From NCBI GenBank assembly GCA_963817895.1, contig CAWFQB010000014.1, forward strand, positions 713,680-777,679: a DNA stretch of 64,000 nucleotides. Reading direction: 5' to 3'. Under the pieces are notes generated by a model. The model ran no database searches, was not told the origin of the DNA, and saw only the letters and a program-made list of their open reading frames with translations. The translations under genes and the position numbers were made by a program. The DNA is from an uncultured Chthonomonadaceae bacterium. GTDB taxonomy: Bacteria > Armatimonadota > Chthonomonadetes > Chthonomonadales > Chthonomonadaceae. This document shows positions 10,275 through 19,179 of the stretch, piece by piece. How positions within the stretch are numbered: position 1 is the first letter of the stretch; every line of letters starts with the position of its first letter.

Positions 10275-11105
10275 ATGTCACTCTTGAAACCGCTCGACGG
10301 CAGTAAGAAGGTTCAGCTTTCCAAAATTGACCCGTCCGATACGGGCAAGATGAATCATGACGACGCAAGGAAGCAGGAGGACGATCTGAAGACGGAGTTG
10401 GCAGAACTGCAAACGCTGCTGTACGCCGCGCAGCAAACGCCCCTGCTGATTGTGCTACAGGGCATGGATACGGCGGGTAAAGATGGCGCGATTCGCGGAT
10501 TGTCCGGCGCGATGAATCCGCAAAGCTGCCGGGTCGCCACCTTCAAAGTGCCGACGCCTGCCGAGGCCTCTCACGATTTTCTCTGGCGCGTCCATGCCGA
10601 AACACCCGGCAAAGGCAACGTCACTATTTTCAACCGTTCGCACTATGAGGATGTGCTGGTCGTTCGCGTCCACAATCTGATTCCCAAAGCGGATTGGGAA
10701 AAGCGGTACGACCATATCAACAACTTCGAGCGCCTGCTGACGGATTCGGGTACGATTGTGCGTAAATTCTTCCTGCACATCAGCAAGGACGAGCAGGAAC
10801 AGCGGCTCCTGGCGCGGGAACAGGACCCCACAAAATCGTGGAAGTTGTCGCCACAGGACTGGAAAGAGCGAGAACTGTGGGACGACTATCAGACCGCCTA
10901 TGAGGACGCGCTCAACCGCTGCGCCACGCCCGACGCGCCCTGGTATATTGTTCCCGCCGACCACAAATGGTTCCGCGACATCGCCATTGCTCAAACGCTG
11001 GTAGATACGCTCAAGCCCCTGCGCAACGATTGGATGCAACTGCTGAAATCGAGAGGCGCGGAAGAACTGAAACAACTCCGCGCCATGCGCCAGCAGCACT
11101 CATAG
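10275..11105 (+). CDS. ppk2: Polyphosphate kinase 2 family protein (class III-like)
   Basis: LQGMDTAGKDG, HDFLWR, FNRSHYEDVL, PWYIVPADHKWFR. Confidence 0.93.
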   Translation: MSLLKPLDGSKKVQLSKIDPSDTGKMNHDDARKQEDDLKTELAELQTLLYAAQQTPLLIVLQGMDTAGKDGAIRGLSGAMNPQSCRVATFKVPTPAEASHDFLWRVHAETPGKGNVTIFNRSHYEDVLVVRVHNLIPKADWEKRYDHINNFERLLTDSGTIVRKFFLHISKDEQEQRLLAREQDPTKSWKLSPQDWKERELWDDYQTAYEDALNRCATPDAPWYIVPADHKWFRDIAIAQTLVDTLKPLRNDWMQLLKSRGAEELKQLRAMRQQHS

Positions 11106-11531
11106 GCTGTCCTGTAACAACTGTATCGTTTGCAGCGCGTCGGGGCGGGGAACCTGACGGATTTCAAAGCCGTCCGCAAAATAGATCGCGCGGCTGTCAT
11201 GCAGATGGAAGTTTGCCCACTGCGCGGCGGACAGGCCGAAATGATCCTGTATGTGGACGTTCGCGCCATGCGCCAACAAGAGGCGAACCACATTCGGGCG
11301 CGCGTTTCGGGCCGCCGCCATCAGGGGCGTATCGCCGAACCGATCCTGCGCGTTGATGTTCGCGCCCCTGCCAAGCCAGTACGCCGCTTCCTGCGCCTGC
11401 CCCTCGTCGGCAGCCTGCGCCAAACGCGCGCTCACATAGGCCACGCAGCAGGCGCGTTCAACCGTCTGCCCCGCAAAACCTCCTGCCGCAAACGCGAACA
11501 TCGCCAGAGCGGTTCGCAGCGGCAGCGACAT
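11100..11531 (-). CDS. Ankyrin-repeat protein
   Basis: GANINAQDRFGDTPLMAAA..VVRLLLAHGANV. Confidence 0.85.
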   Translation of the reverse strand: MSLPLRTALAMFAFAAGGFAGQTVERACCVAYVSARLAQAADEGQAQEAAYWLGRGANINAQDRFGDTPLMAAARNARPNVVRLLLAHGANVHIQDHFGLSAAQWANFHLHDSRAIYFADGFEIRQVPRPDALQTIQLLQDSL

Positions 11532-11637
11532 TTTAATGCCAATTGTTACCATAGCGCTTTGTTCTCCATAAAGGGGTATTGCTCATGCCCGAACAGGCGC
11601 ATTTCGGAGACGCGCCTGGGATACTGGCGAAAAGTAG

Positions 11638-12456
11638 TCAGCGCCCCATGTAGGGACTATCATCCCATAACGCCAATTGACTTGATGTACCCGGCAGGCT
11701 CACATTGCCTTGTTTGTCTAACTTATGCTGGTCTGCTATCGCTCCGAACCATTTGCACAGGAGGTCTGCATCCATAACAACACGCCCATAGTGATTCCGC
11801 TGAACGCTTAACAATTCTTCAATCTCAATGTTACGCCGGTGGTGCAGAATGTACCGGGTGAGCAACGGCCCCATCGTAAAATTAAGGCGTGATGTTGTTA
11901 GCAAAGAGCGAACAATGCACAAAGCGGGGTAAGGATTCGCCTCCAAGTTGATTTCGACAGTCTGATTGAGAAAAGCCTCGAAGAAACCATGAGAGTAGAT
12001 TGTTCGCTTCCGTTTTTTACCGCCCAGTTCAACGGCAATGGCTTCGACATTCAAAAAGGTGGTTTGGGGCAGGTCAGCAAAATCAGCATGTCGAACATGG
12101 CTTTCTCGGAAAGCCCAGGTATCGTTCAGCGTCCACATGTCGAATAGCCAACCTTGATGTTCCATGTGCAAACCGCCAAACCGCGTATCTCGTATGAAGT
12201 GCCTTTTCATAGTTTTGCGCATGTCGCAAGTGGAAACACCGCCAATGACTACATCCACATCGCGCACTTGCGCTTTCAAACCATTACTCAGCAGATCACG
12301 CGCGACGCCGCCGAATATATATGCCGACCATTGATTTTCGTAGATGTGACCAAGCACAGACTGCATCGGCTTACGCCTGCGCGTCTCTTTAGTCAGAAAG
12401 TCACTGATTCTATGGCGGAGAATTTGCTCCTGTTGTTCAATCTTTGCGTCAGCCAT
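11638..12456 (-). CDS. Nucleotidyltransferase with CCA/poly(A)-polymerase-like head motif
   Basis: YIFGGVARDLL..RDVDVV plus a third carboxylate in FDMW. Start overlaps the dGTPase end by 8 nt. Confidence 0.75.
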   Translation of the reverse strand: MADAKIEQQEQILRHRISDFLTKETRRRKPMQSVLGHIYENQWSAYIFGGVARDLLSNGLKAQVRDVDVVIGGVSTCDMRKTMKRHFIRDTRFGGLHMEHQGWLFDMWTLNDTWAFRESHVRHADFADLPQTTFLNVEAIAVELGGKKRKRTIYSHGFFEAFLNQTVEINLEANPYPALCIVRSLLTTSRLNFTMGPLLTRYILHHRRNIEIEELLSVQRNHYGRVVMDADLLCKWFGAIADQHKLDKQGNVSLPGTSSQLALWDDSPYMGR

Positions 12457-13819
12457 TTTTTAGTTGTTTGTGCAATGTACAGGCGAATGTATCCGTCATG
12501 CCGCAAACATAATCGGTGAGCAGCTGCCGTTGACAGTAGATTTTGGGCAGCCCCTCTTTAAGCGCCTCATTGTAAACTTTACGGTAGTTGTTAGACATCA
12601 TATTGTGAATTTTGCCGGGAAATGTTTTCACGCCCCGCCCACCTTCAGCATCTGACGCTCCCTCCCAGAAAATGTCCATCAAATCGTGTATAACCTCCCT
12701 GCCCATCACTTCAAGCCGAAGCGTTTCCTTAGATGTATATACATGCTTCTTCGCAAATTCCTTACAAGCCTCGACAAAGCGAGCGGCCTCACAGTAAGGA
12801 TCACTAATGAGTTCTTTATGATACTCGCCACGCATGATCGTCTCGTAGTAATGCTTGAACGCTTCAATAACGGCAACAACCATCGCGCCTATGCCATTGA
12901 CGCGGAAATACTGAACGTTTACTTCATCATCATTTCCCTTATCCGAAGCAGCCAAACATTTATTTATCATAGGACAGTTATATTGCTTCAATTCCTCTTT
13001 GATTGTATTCCAACGTACCACACCTTTCTTGACAGCATCCTCTATATCTACGACAGAGTAGACAATATCATCGCTTGCTTCAACGAGGTAAGTAATCGGG
13101 TTACGCGCTTCGCCAGTTCCGGTTGCGGCACGAATCTCTTCAATTACCCTGTTTTCCGAGGCAAAGTAGCCCGGCTTTTTCTTTTCCTGCTCGGCTGTGA
13201 TTTTATCCGAAGCGGCAATATACTTGCACACAGCAGAGAGTGTGCCATACGTAAGGTTCAGGCCGAAATAATCCTCCAGAATTTGCAGACGAGCAATTAG
13301 GCGCAACGTTTGCGCGTTGCCTTCAAAATTCCAGAAATCGTTCGCAAGCTGTTCTGAACGATATGTTGCTACAGACGCATTGAATGAGTGTGCAAAATCT
13401 CGAACAGGATCAAGACTGAGCGGATACAATTTATGGAACCAACTGCTAATTGCCTGTTCGCCAGCGTGACCAAAAGGCGGGTTGCCAAGATCATGAAGTA
13501 AGCCGCAAGTAGCGGCAATAATTGGAATTTCTTTCGCCTGTGATAAAGGTAAACCCTCTTTCTGCATAATCCACTCTGCCGCTTTACCTGACAAATCGCG
13601 GGCGACAGTGGACACTTCAAGCGAATGGGTAAGACGAGTTCTCACGGCATCGTGTGGCTCCAAAGGAAACACCTGCGCTTTGTCTTGTAAGCGACGTACA
13701 GGCGTGGAGAAAACAGAACGATCATAGTCTCGCTCGAACTCAGACCTGAATTCTCCACTTCGCTTTTGTGTTCCGCGTCGGCGTTCGCTATTTAGAAGTT
13801 GGTTCCACTGCATTCTCAT
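12449..13819 (-). CDS. dgt: dGTP triphosphohydrolase (HD family), probably defence-associated
   Basis: RRLQDKAQVF, RTRLTHSLEV, HDLGNPPFGHAGE, FEGNAQ, EASDDIVY, DYVCGMTD. Confidence 0.93.
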   Translation of the reverse strand: MRMQWNQLLNSERRRGTQKRSGEFRSEFERDYDRSVFSTPVRRLQDKAQVFPLEPHDAVRTRLTHSLEVSTVARDLSGKAAEWIMQKEGLPLSQAKEIPIIAATCGLLHDLGNPPFGHAGEQAISSWFHKLYPLSLDPVRDFAHSFNASVATYRSEQLANDFWNFEGNAQTLRLIARLQILEDYFGLNLTYGTLSAVCKYIAASDKITAEQEKKKPGYFASENRVIEEIRAATGTGEARNPITYLVEASDDIVYSVVDIEDAVKKGVVRWNTIKEELKQYNCPMINKCLAASDKGNDDEVNVQYFRVNGIGAMVVAVIEAFKHYYETIMRGEYHKELISDPYCEAARFVEACKEFAKKHVYTSKETLRLEVMGREVIHDLMDIFWEGASDAEGGRGVKTFPGKIHNMMSNNYRKVYNEALKEGLPKIYCQRQLLTDYVCGMTDTFACTLHKQLKNG

Positions 13820-13915
13820 TGGCTATTCTCCATCCACAAAGTTACCAAAGCATTATACTTCATTCAGGATACAAGAATGGTTAATTTACTACGCCTTGCT
13901 TTACGCCCATAAGCA

Positions 13916-14743
13916 CTAACTGCCGGTCGAGCGATAGTGGCGGACGCCGAAGTTCCAGAGGCGGAAGGAGAGCAACAGGAACAGGACGCCGACAAATGGG
14001 GACAGCCACGCGATTACAATGGCAGATGAATCCGGTTTCATGCCCGCATGATGCAGCAGGACTCGCGACGGCAGGTAGTTGATGCAGGCGAGGGGAATGA
14101 CGTACGTAAAGAATTTCTGCATCCATTGCGGATAGATTTCGAGGGGGTACTGCGCGGTTTCCGTGCCGCCATACGTGACCGTGTTCATGATTTCCAGACC
14201 CTCTACCGTCCAAAACGAAAGGGTTGCCTGTAGTACCTGTAGCCCGTAAAACAGACACGTTCCCCCCACAATGGAGAGCGCGATGAGCAGCAGGCTTGCA
14301 GACGTTTGCGCGGAAGGCAATTGCATGATGGCCCACGTCAGCACAACCGACGCCTGCAACAATCGCCCGAACCGCATCAACTGCAACTCCTGCGCGGCTA
14401 CCTGAAAAGCCGTGCTGCGCGGACGCAACAGCAGCCGGTCGAAATCTCCCGCCTTGACCACATTGCCGAACGTATCAAACCCCCGCCCTGCCGCTTCCGC
14501 GATGGCAAAGGCGATGCCAACCATGCCATAGAACAGCGCGATTTCCGACAACTGCCAGCCCCGCAGACTGCCGAAGCGGGCAAACAGCGCCCATATTCCC
14601 ACAAATTCAATGAGGGTCGCAAACAGGTTCCCGAACGCCAGCATCAGGAAGGAAGCGCGGTACTGCAATTGTCCGCGTATCGAAATCGCCGCATATCGCC
14701 AGTACAGTCGCCATGTATCTTGCAGGGATTTTTGAATAACCAT
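13916..14743 (-). CDS. ABC-2 family permease
   Basis: GDFDRLLLRP, QYPLEIYP, RHYRSTGS C terminus. Confidence 0.9.
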   Translation of the reverse strand: MVIQKSLQDTWRLYWRYAAISIRGQLQYRASFLMLAFGNLFATLIEFVGIWALFARFGSLRGWQLSEIALFYGMVGIAFAIAEAAGRGFDTFGNVVKAGDFDRLLLRPRSTAFQVAAQELQLMRFGRLLQASVVLTWAIMQLPSAQTSASLLLIALSIVGGTCLFYGLQVLQATLSFWTVEGLEIMNTVTYGGTETAQYPLEIYPQWMQKFFTYVIPLACINYLPSRVLLHHAGMKPDSSAIVIAWLSPFVGVLFLLLSFRLWNFGVRHYRSTGS

Positions 14744-14747
14744 AATT

Positions 14748-15551
14748 TTACCCTCCCTGAACAACGAGGCGGCGCGTGGCGTTGCGCAGCAGCAGGCGGC
14801 CAAGCATGACGAGTATCAGCGTCCACAAGGTTTGATGCAACAGCGTAGCGGGCAATTGCGCTATGGGAATGTTACCCGTATACAGGCGGAACGGCGTGTC
14901 CATCATGGCGCGGAACGGCAGAAAGTTGACGACGGGCTGCGCCCATGCGGGCATTAGCGGCACAGGGATGAGCAGGCCGGAAAACGTGTACATGACCGTC
15001 GGCGCGAGGCGCGTGATGCCGTCACCCGCAAGCGTGTACAGCAGCGTAATCGTCAGCAGGGTGGAAAACGCGGCGGCAAGGGCAAACGCTCCACAGGTTG
15101 CCGCTATCCACGCGACAAAAGCCGCAAACGTCGGCGGCAGGCGCAGGCCGAAAAACAGACCGGCAACCACAAACATCGGAATGGCGCGAAGCAGGGTTGG
15201 CGCGACGCGGGCGGCAAGGGCGCGGCTGTACCACAGGCCGTATAAATCCAGTGGACGCAGCATCTCATACGCCACGGTTCCCGTCCGTATCATGCTCCGA
15301 ACATCGGTATCCACGTTCCACATGGCAAGCGCGAACATCGCCTGCGCCAGCCATAAATAACTCACCATATCTTCAAGCGCAATCGGTTGAGGCCGCGTGG
15401 TGGACTTGTAGAACGCGGTAAAGATGGCGACGCGCAGCAGGCCCCAGAACAACTGCGTTCCAAAGCCCGCAATCGCCGCCGCGCGATATTGCAGCAGGGC
15501 GCGAAACCGGGCGGCGGCAACGGATATGTAGGGGCGCAGGGCGGCAGACAT
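14748..15551 (-). CDS. ABC-2 family permease
   Basis: IRTGTVAYEMLRP, FSGLLIPV, LVVQGG C terminus. Confidence 0.9.
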   Translation of the reverse strand: MSAALRPYISVAAARFRALLQYRAAAIAGFGTQLFWGLLRVAIFTAFYKSTTRPQPIALEDMVSYLWLAQAMFALAMWNVDTDVRSMIRTGTVAYEMLRPLDLYGLWYSRALAARVAPTLLRAIPMFVVAGLFFGLRLPPTFAAFVAWIAATCGAFALAAAFSTLLTITLLYTLAGDGITRLAPTVMYTFSGLLIPVPLMPAWAQPVVNFLPFRAMMDTPFRLYTGNIPIAQLPATLLHQTLWTLILVMLGRLLLRNATRRLVVQGG

Positions 15552-15552
15552 A

Positions 15553-16542
15553 TCAGGCTTTCCCCTCACTGCTCTTATACAACCGCGCAATGATTTCTTC
15601 TATCGGCGGGTTTTGCACGAACAAGTCTTTTACATTGTAAGCAGCGGTAATGCGGGCGATAAGGGCAGCGGTGGACACACATTCGGGATCGAAGCGCAGG
15701 CGGAATTGGCGTCCCTCCTGTTTGTCAACGGTCGCGTCCGGGTCGTGAACAATCCCCTGCTCGTCTTCCAGATCAACGATTAGCCAGCGTTCCCGCGTGA
15801 CGCGCTGCCGCAGATGTTCCAGGCTGCCGTCGGAGAGTATCTGCCCGCCCCCGATGACAATGACGCGCTTGCACAGAGCTTCGATGTCGTCCATGTCGTG
15901 CGTCGTCAAAATCACGGTGACGCCGCGTTCCCGGTTCAGAACCTTGATGAAATCGCGCACGGCCAGTTTGGAAACCGCGTCCAGTCCAATCGTCGGCTCG
16001 TCCAGAAACAGCAGCGGGGGCGCGTGAATCAGGGCGGCGGCAAGGTCGCAACGCATCCGCTGCCCTAAACTCAGTTGACGGACGGGCGTATCCAGAAACG
16101 ACGCGAGCGACAGCAGTTCAATCAGTTCGTCGCGCGTTTTTCGGTACTGTTCGGCGGGAACCCGGTAAATATCGCGCAGCAAATCAAAGGACTCGACAAC
16201 GGGCAAGTCCCACCACAATTGCGTCCTCTGCCCGAAAACAACGCCGATATGCGCCACATAATCGCGCCGGTCACGCCAGGGCACATACCCTAAAACTTCG
16301 CACCGCCCCCCATCCGGCACGAGGATACCCGACAGGGCTTTGACCGTCGTGCTTTTGCCCGCGCCGTTCGGCCCGATATAGCCGACCAGTTCGCCCGCGT
16401 CCAATTGGAAGGAGATGTCGTTCAGCGCGGTCACAGTCCGGTACTTGCGCGTCGCCAGTCCCCGTATCGCGCCCCACATTCCCGCCTGCCGCTCCGCAAT
16501 CTGAAACGTTTTGCGCAAGTTTTCGACAATTATTTGTGGCAT
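15553..16542 (-). CDS. ABC transporter ATP-binding protein
   Basis: GPNGAGKST, LSLGQRMR, LFLDEPT. Confidence 0.95.
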   Translation of the reverse strand: MPQIIVENLRKTFQIAERQAGMWGAIRGLATRKYRTVTALNDISFQLDAGELVGYIGPNGAGKSTTVKALSGILVPDGGRCEVLGYVPWRDRRDYVAHIGVVFGQRTQLWWDLPVVESFDLLRDIYRVPAEQYRKTRDELIELLSLASFLDTPVRQLSLGQRMRCDLAAALIHAPPLLFLDEPTIGLDAVSKLAVRDFIKVLNRERGVTVILTTHDMDDIEALCKRVIVIGGGQILSDGSLEHLRQRVTRERWLIVDLEDEQGIVHDPDATVDKQEGRQFRLRFDPECVSTAALIARITAAYNVKDLFVQNPPIEEIIARLYKSSEGKA

Positions 16543-16635
16543 CAAAACTCCCGAAGAGATACGAGATACAAGAAGAGGAGAATAGACAGGATTTTCAGGA
16601 GGGAACAGGATTTCACTACCGCGCGCCTTGTTTCC

Positions 16636-16766
16636 GGGCATTGAAAATACCCGTCTGAGTGGCGTTCCGTCAAGCGTCCTTCGGACGCGATTCACTGGAA
16701 AATAAGCATTTGCGTCCGAAGGACGCTTGGCCGTAGGCCGTGTAGACAGGGGTTTTCAACCCCTGC
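16636..16766. repeat. REPIN-like nested inverted repeat
   Basis: caagcgtccttcggacgc (16671-16688) / gcgtccgaaggacgcttg (16712-16729), flanked by ttgaaaatacccgtct / agacaggggttttcaa. Confidence 0.7.
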
Positions 16767-16934
16767 AAGAATGTGTCCGGTAGTGAGAACAGAATTAGCA
16801 TCGGTATCTATAACTAACGCGCAACAAGGCACAGGACGCGCCACTTGTCCTGTGCCTGCAAGCCTTATTTCAGGTACGGTTGTACCAGGCGAGAATATTC
16901 TCTGACGACGTTACAATCTCCTGCTGAATTTTTC

Positions 16935-17462
16935 TTATCGAGATAATTTTTCCAGAATTCTGCGTTCAAAGGCGAGGAGCGTTTGCTTGCGGGAAAGGCC
17001 ACCACTGTAACCGGTCAGTTTACCGTTGGCTCCGACGACACGATGGCATGGCACGACAATGGAAACGGGATTCTGGCCGTTGGCAAGCCCCACAGCGCGG
17101 CAGGCTTTCGGGTTGCCGATGCGCCGCGCCAGTTCGCCATAAGAGATTGTGGCGCCGTAGGGAAGTTTGCGCAGTTCTGCCCACACCTGTTGCTGAAACG
17201 ACGTGCCTTTGAGATTGAGCGGCAAATTGAACGTGGTTTGCCCGCCCGATAGATAGGCTTCAAGCTGCTGTTTCACTTCGGCAAAGGGCGCGGCGTTCTC
17301 ATCGCTTACCCATTCCGCCGACGCAGCCGCCTTTTGCTGTATTTCCGCCTGCGCCCGTTCTGACAGGTACAACCCGGTGAGCGCGTCACCATCCGAGGTT
17401 AAGAGAACGGGCTGATTCGGCTGGTCTATGGTGGCATAGATGGTTGTGTAATATGTGGTCAT
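16935..17462 (-). CDS. ogt: Methylated-DNA-protein-cysteine methyltransferase
   Basis: GTSFQQQVW, RAVGLANGQNP, VPCHRVVG. Confidence 0.95.
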   Translation of the reverse strand: MTTYYTTIYATIDQPNQPVLLTSDGDALTGLYLSERAQAEIQQKAAASAEWVSDENAAPFAEVKQQLEAYLSGGQTTFNLPLNLKGTSFQQQVWAELRKLPYGATISYGELARRIGNPKACRAVGLANGQNPVSIVVPCHRVVGANGKLTGYSGGLSRKQTLLAFERRILEKLSR

Positions 17463-19024
17463 GCGGGTTCCTCCAATGACTTCCACAGGTGCATGGTGGC
17501 ATACGCGCGCCAGGGACGCCACGCTTCCGAAAGAGCCAGCACCCGCTTCGGGTTCGTCTCGCCCAGCGCCTTATAAATGCCCAGGTCTGTATGCGGAAAA
17601 GCGTCCGGCCAAGCGAGGACGCGCATGGCAATATATTGCGCCGTCCAGTCGCCGATACCCGGAATGGATTTCAATTGTATCAGGGTTGGTTCAATGTCCA
17701 CGCCGGGCGTCAGCGCCAGTTTGCCTTCCGCCACCATTCGGGCAAGCGCGAGAATGGAATTGGCCCGCGTGGTGATAATGCCAGGCGCGATTAGCTCCGC
17801 CGCGTTCGCCTGCGCAACCCGCTCGGCTGTGGGCGGCAGATGCGTCAGACAGGCAAACGGCGTTGCTACCGGTTCGCCGAACGCGGCTGCAAACCGCCCG
17901 GAGATTGTAGTCGCCGCCCGAACGCTGATCTGCTGTCCCAAAATGGCGCGTGTCGCCATTTCAAAGCCGTCGAACGCGCCGGGAACGCGCAGGCCGGGGC
18001 GGGCTTGCGCCAGTTCGCCCAGATGTGCGGCAATGTGCAGCGGCGACGCTTCCAGATCGAACAACCGCTTTACTCGCGCAAGCGTGGGCAGGATAACCGG
18101 GGCCAGCGAAGCCGACAGTTCTACGCGCAGCGCGGGTTTATCGGGAATGGGGTCAACGGCAATCCAGCCCCGATGTTCACCGATACCGACCACGCGCAGA
18201 TAACGCCCCTCATCCACCGTTTCCACGCCGCTCGAAGACCGCCCGACCAGAAACGCCAGCAACGCCTCCCAATCCAGCGGCGGACGGTACGCCAATTCAA
18301 ACGTCAAAGCAAAGGAGGAAGGAGGAAGGAGGAAGGAGGAATCTTCTCCTCCTCGTATTTCGTATCTCGTATCTTGTATCTTCCCTGTTCCCTGCCCTTG
18401 CATCTCCCTTTCTCCTTTTCTCCTCTTCTCCTCTTCTCCTTGTCTTCCCCGGCGCAGTTGGGTCGGGTTCAGGCGATAGCGTTCCTTGAACAGCGCGTTG
18501 AAACGACGCAGGCTGGAAAATCCACTGGCGGCAGCCACTTCGCTGACAGCCATGTTCGTGTCGGTGAGCAGGCGTTTGGCGAGCAGCAGGCGTTGTGTTT
18601 GCGCCAGAGCGACGGGCGATACGCCGAATTCCGTTTCAACGACGCGCCGCAGATGGCGGGAACTGATGCCGGTGTCCGCAGCCAGATCTTCCACGCTGCC
18701 TTCCGTCAACGCGCCATCTTCGATGCGTCCGGCAATTTGGGCGGCAAGACGGCTTGTAGCGTCAACACCCGCGTTTCCCGGCGCGCGTTCCGGGCGGCAG
18801 CGCAGGCAGGGGCGAAAACCGGCGCGTTCCGCCGCTGCCGCGCTCGGATAAAAGGCGCAGTTTTCCCGGCGCGGCGTTCGGGCGGGGCAAACCGTACGGC
18901 AGTAAATTCCGGTTGTGGCAACGCCGACGAAGAAAACGCCGTCGAAACGCGCGTCATGCGTGAGCAGAGCCTGATAGCAAGCGTCTTTATCCAGTGTTCT
19001 GGTTACTGCCATGTTGCTTTTCAT
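17459..19024 (-). CDS. alkA: Ada Zn-binding/AraC-AlkA fusion DNA-3-methyladenine glycosylase
   Basis: TTGIYCRTVC..FRPCLRC, AraC HTH, ILGQQIS, PGIGDWTAQY, WRPWRAYA; carries a low-complexity insert. Confidence 0.93.
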   Translation of the reverse strand: MKSNMAVTRTLDKDACYQALLTHDARFDGVFFVGVATTGIYCRTVCPARTPRRENCAFYPSAAAAERAGFRPCLRCRPERAPGNAGVDATSRLAAQIAGRIEDGALTEGSVEDLAADTGISSRHLRRVVETEFGVSPVALAQTQRLLLAKRLLTDTNMAVSEVAAASGFSSLRRFNALFKERYRLNPTQLRRGRQGEEEKRRKGEREMQGQGTGKIQDTRYEIRGGEDSSFLLPPSSFALTFELAYRPPLDWEALLAFLVGRSSSGVETVDEGRYLRVVGIGEHRGWIAVDPIPDKPALRVELSASLAPVILPTLARVKRLFDLEASPLHIAAHLGELAQARPGLRVPGAFDGFEMATRAILGQQISVRAATTISGRFAAAFGEPVATPFACLTHLPPTAERVAQANAAELIAPGIITTRANSILALARMVAEGKLALTPGVDIEPTLIQLKSIPGIGDWTAQYIAMRVLAWPDAFPHTDLGIYKALGETNPKRVLALSEAWRPWRAYATMHLWKSLEEPA

Positions 19025-19113
19025 GCCGACAGTATACAGGTTTACGCGCGTGTTGTCTCGCCATTTTCGGACATCGGAATCAAATTCGGGTATTCTCTAT
19101 GTTACATCTGGAG

Positions 19114-19147
19114 TTTAGCCGCGAAAATACGCGAATACACGCGAATA
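19114..19147. repeat. Nonamer tandem repeat (CGCGAATAC-like); second copy at 48954-48986
   Basis: tttagccgcgaaaatacgcgaatacacgcgaata vs tttagccgcgaatacacgcgaattcacgcaaata. Confidence 0.75.
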
Positions 19148-19179
19148 GGCGAGACTTCTTTCAATGAAGGAACATCTGA

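Noticed and set aside
11100..11531. Ankyrin gene as a third component of the dGTPase-NTase cassette
   Set aside because: Same strand, but host-like GC, a signal-like N terminus and a gap of about 100 bp; there is no evidence of linkage.
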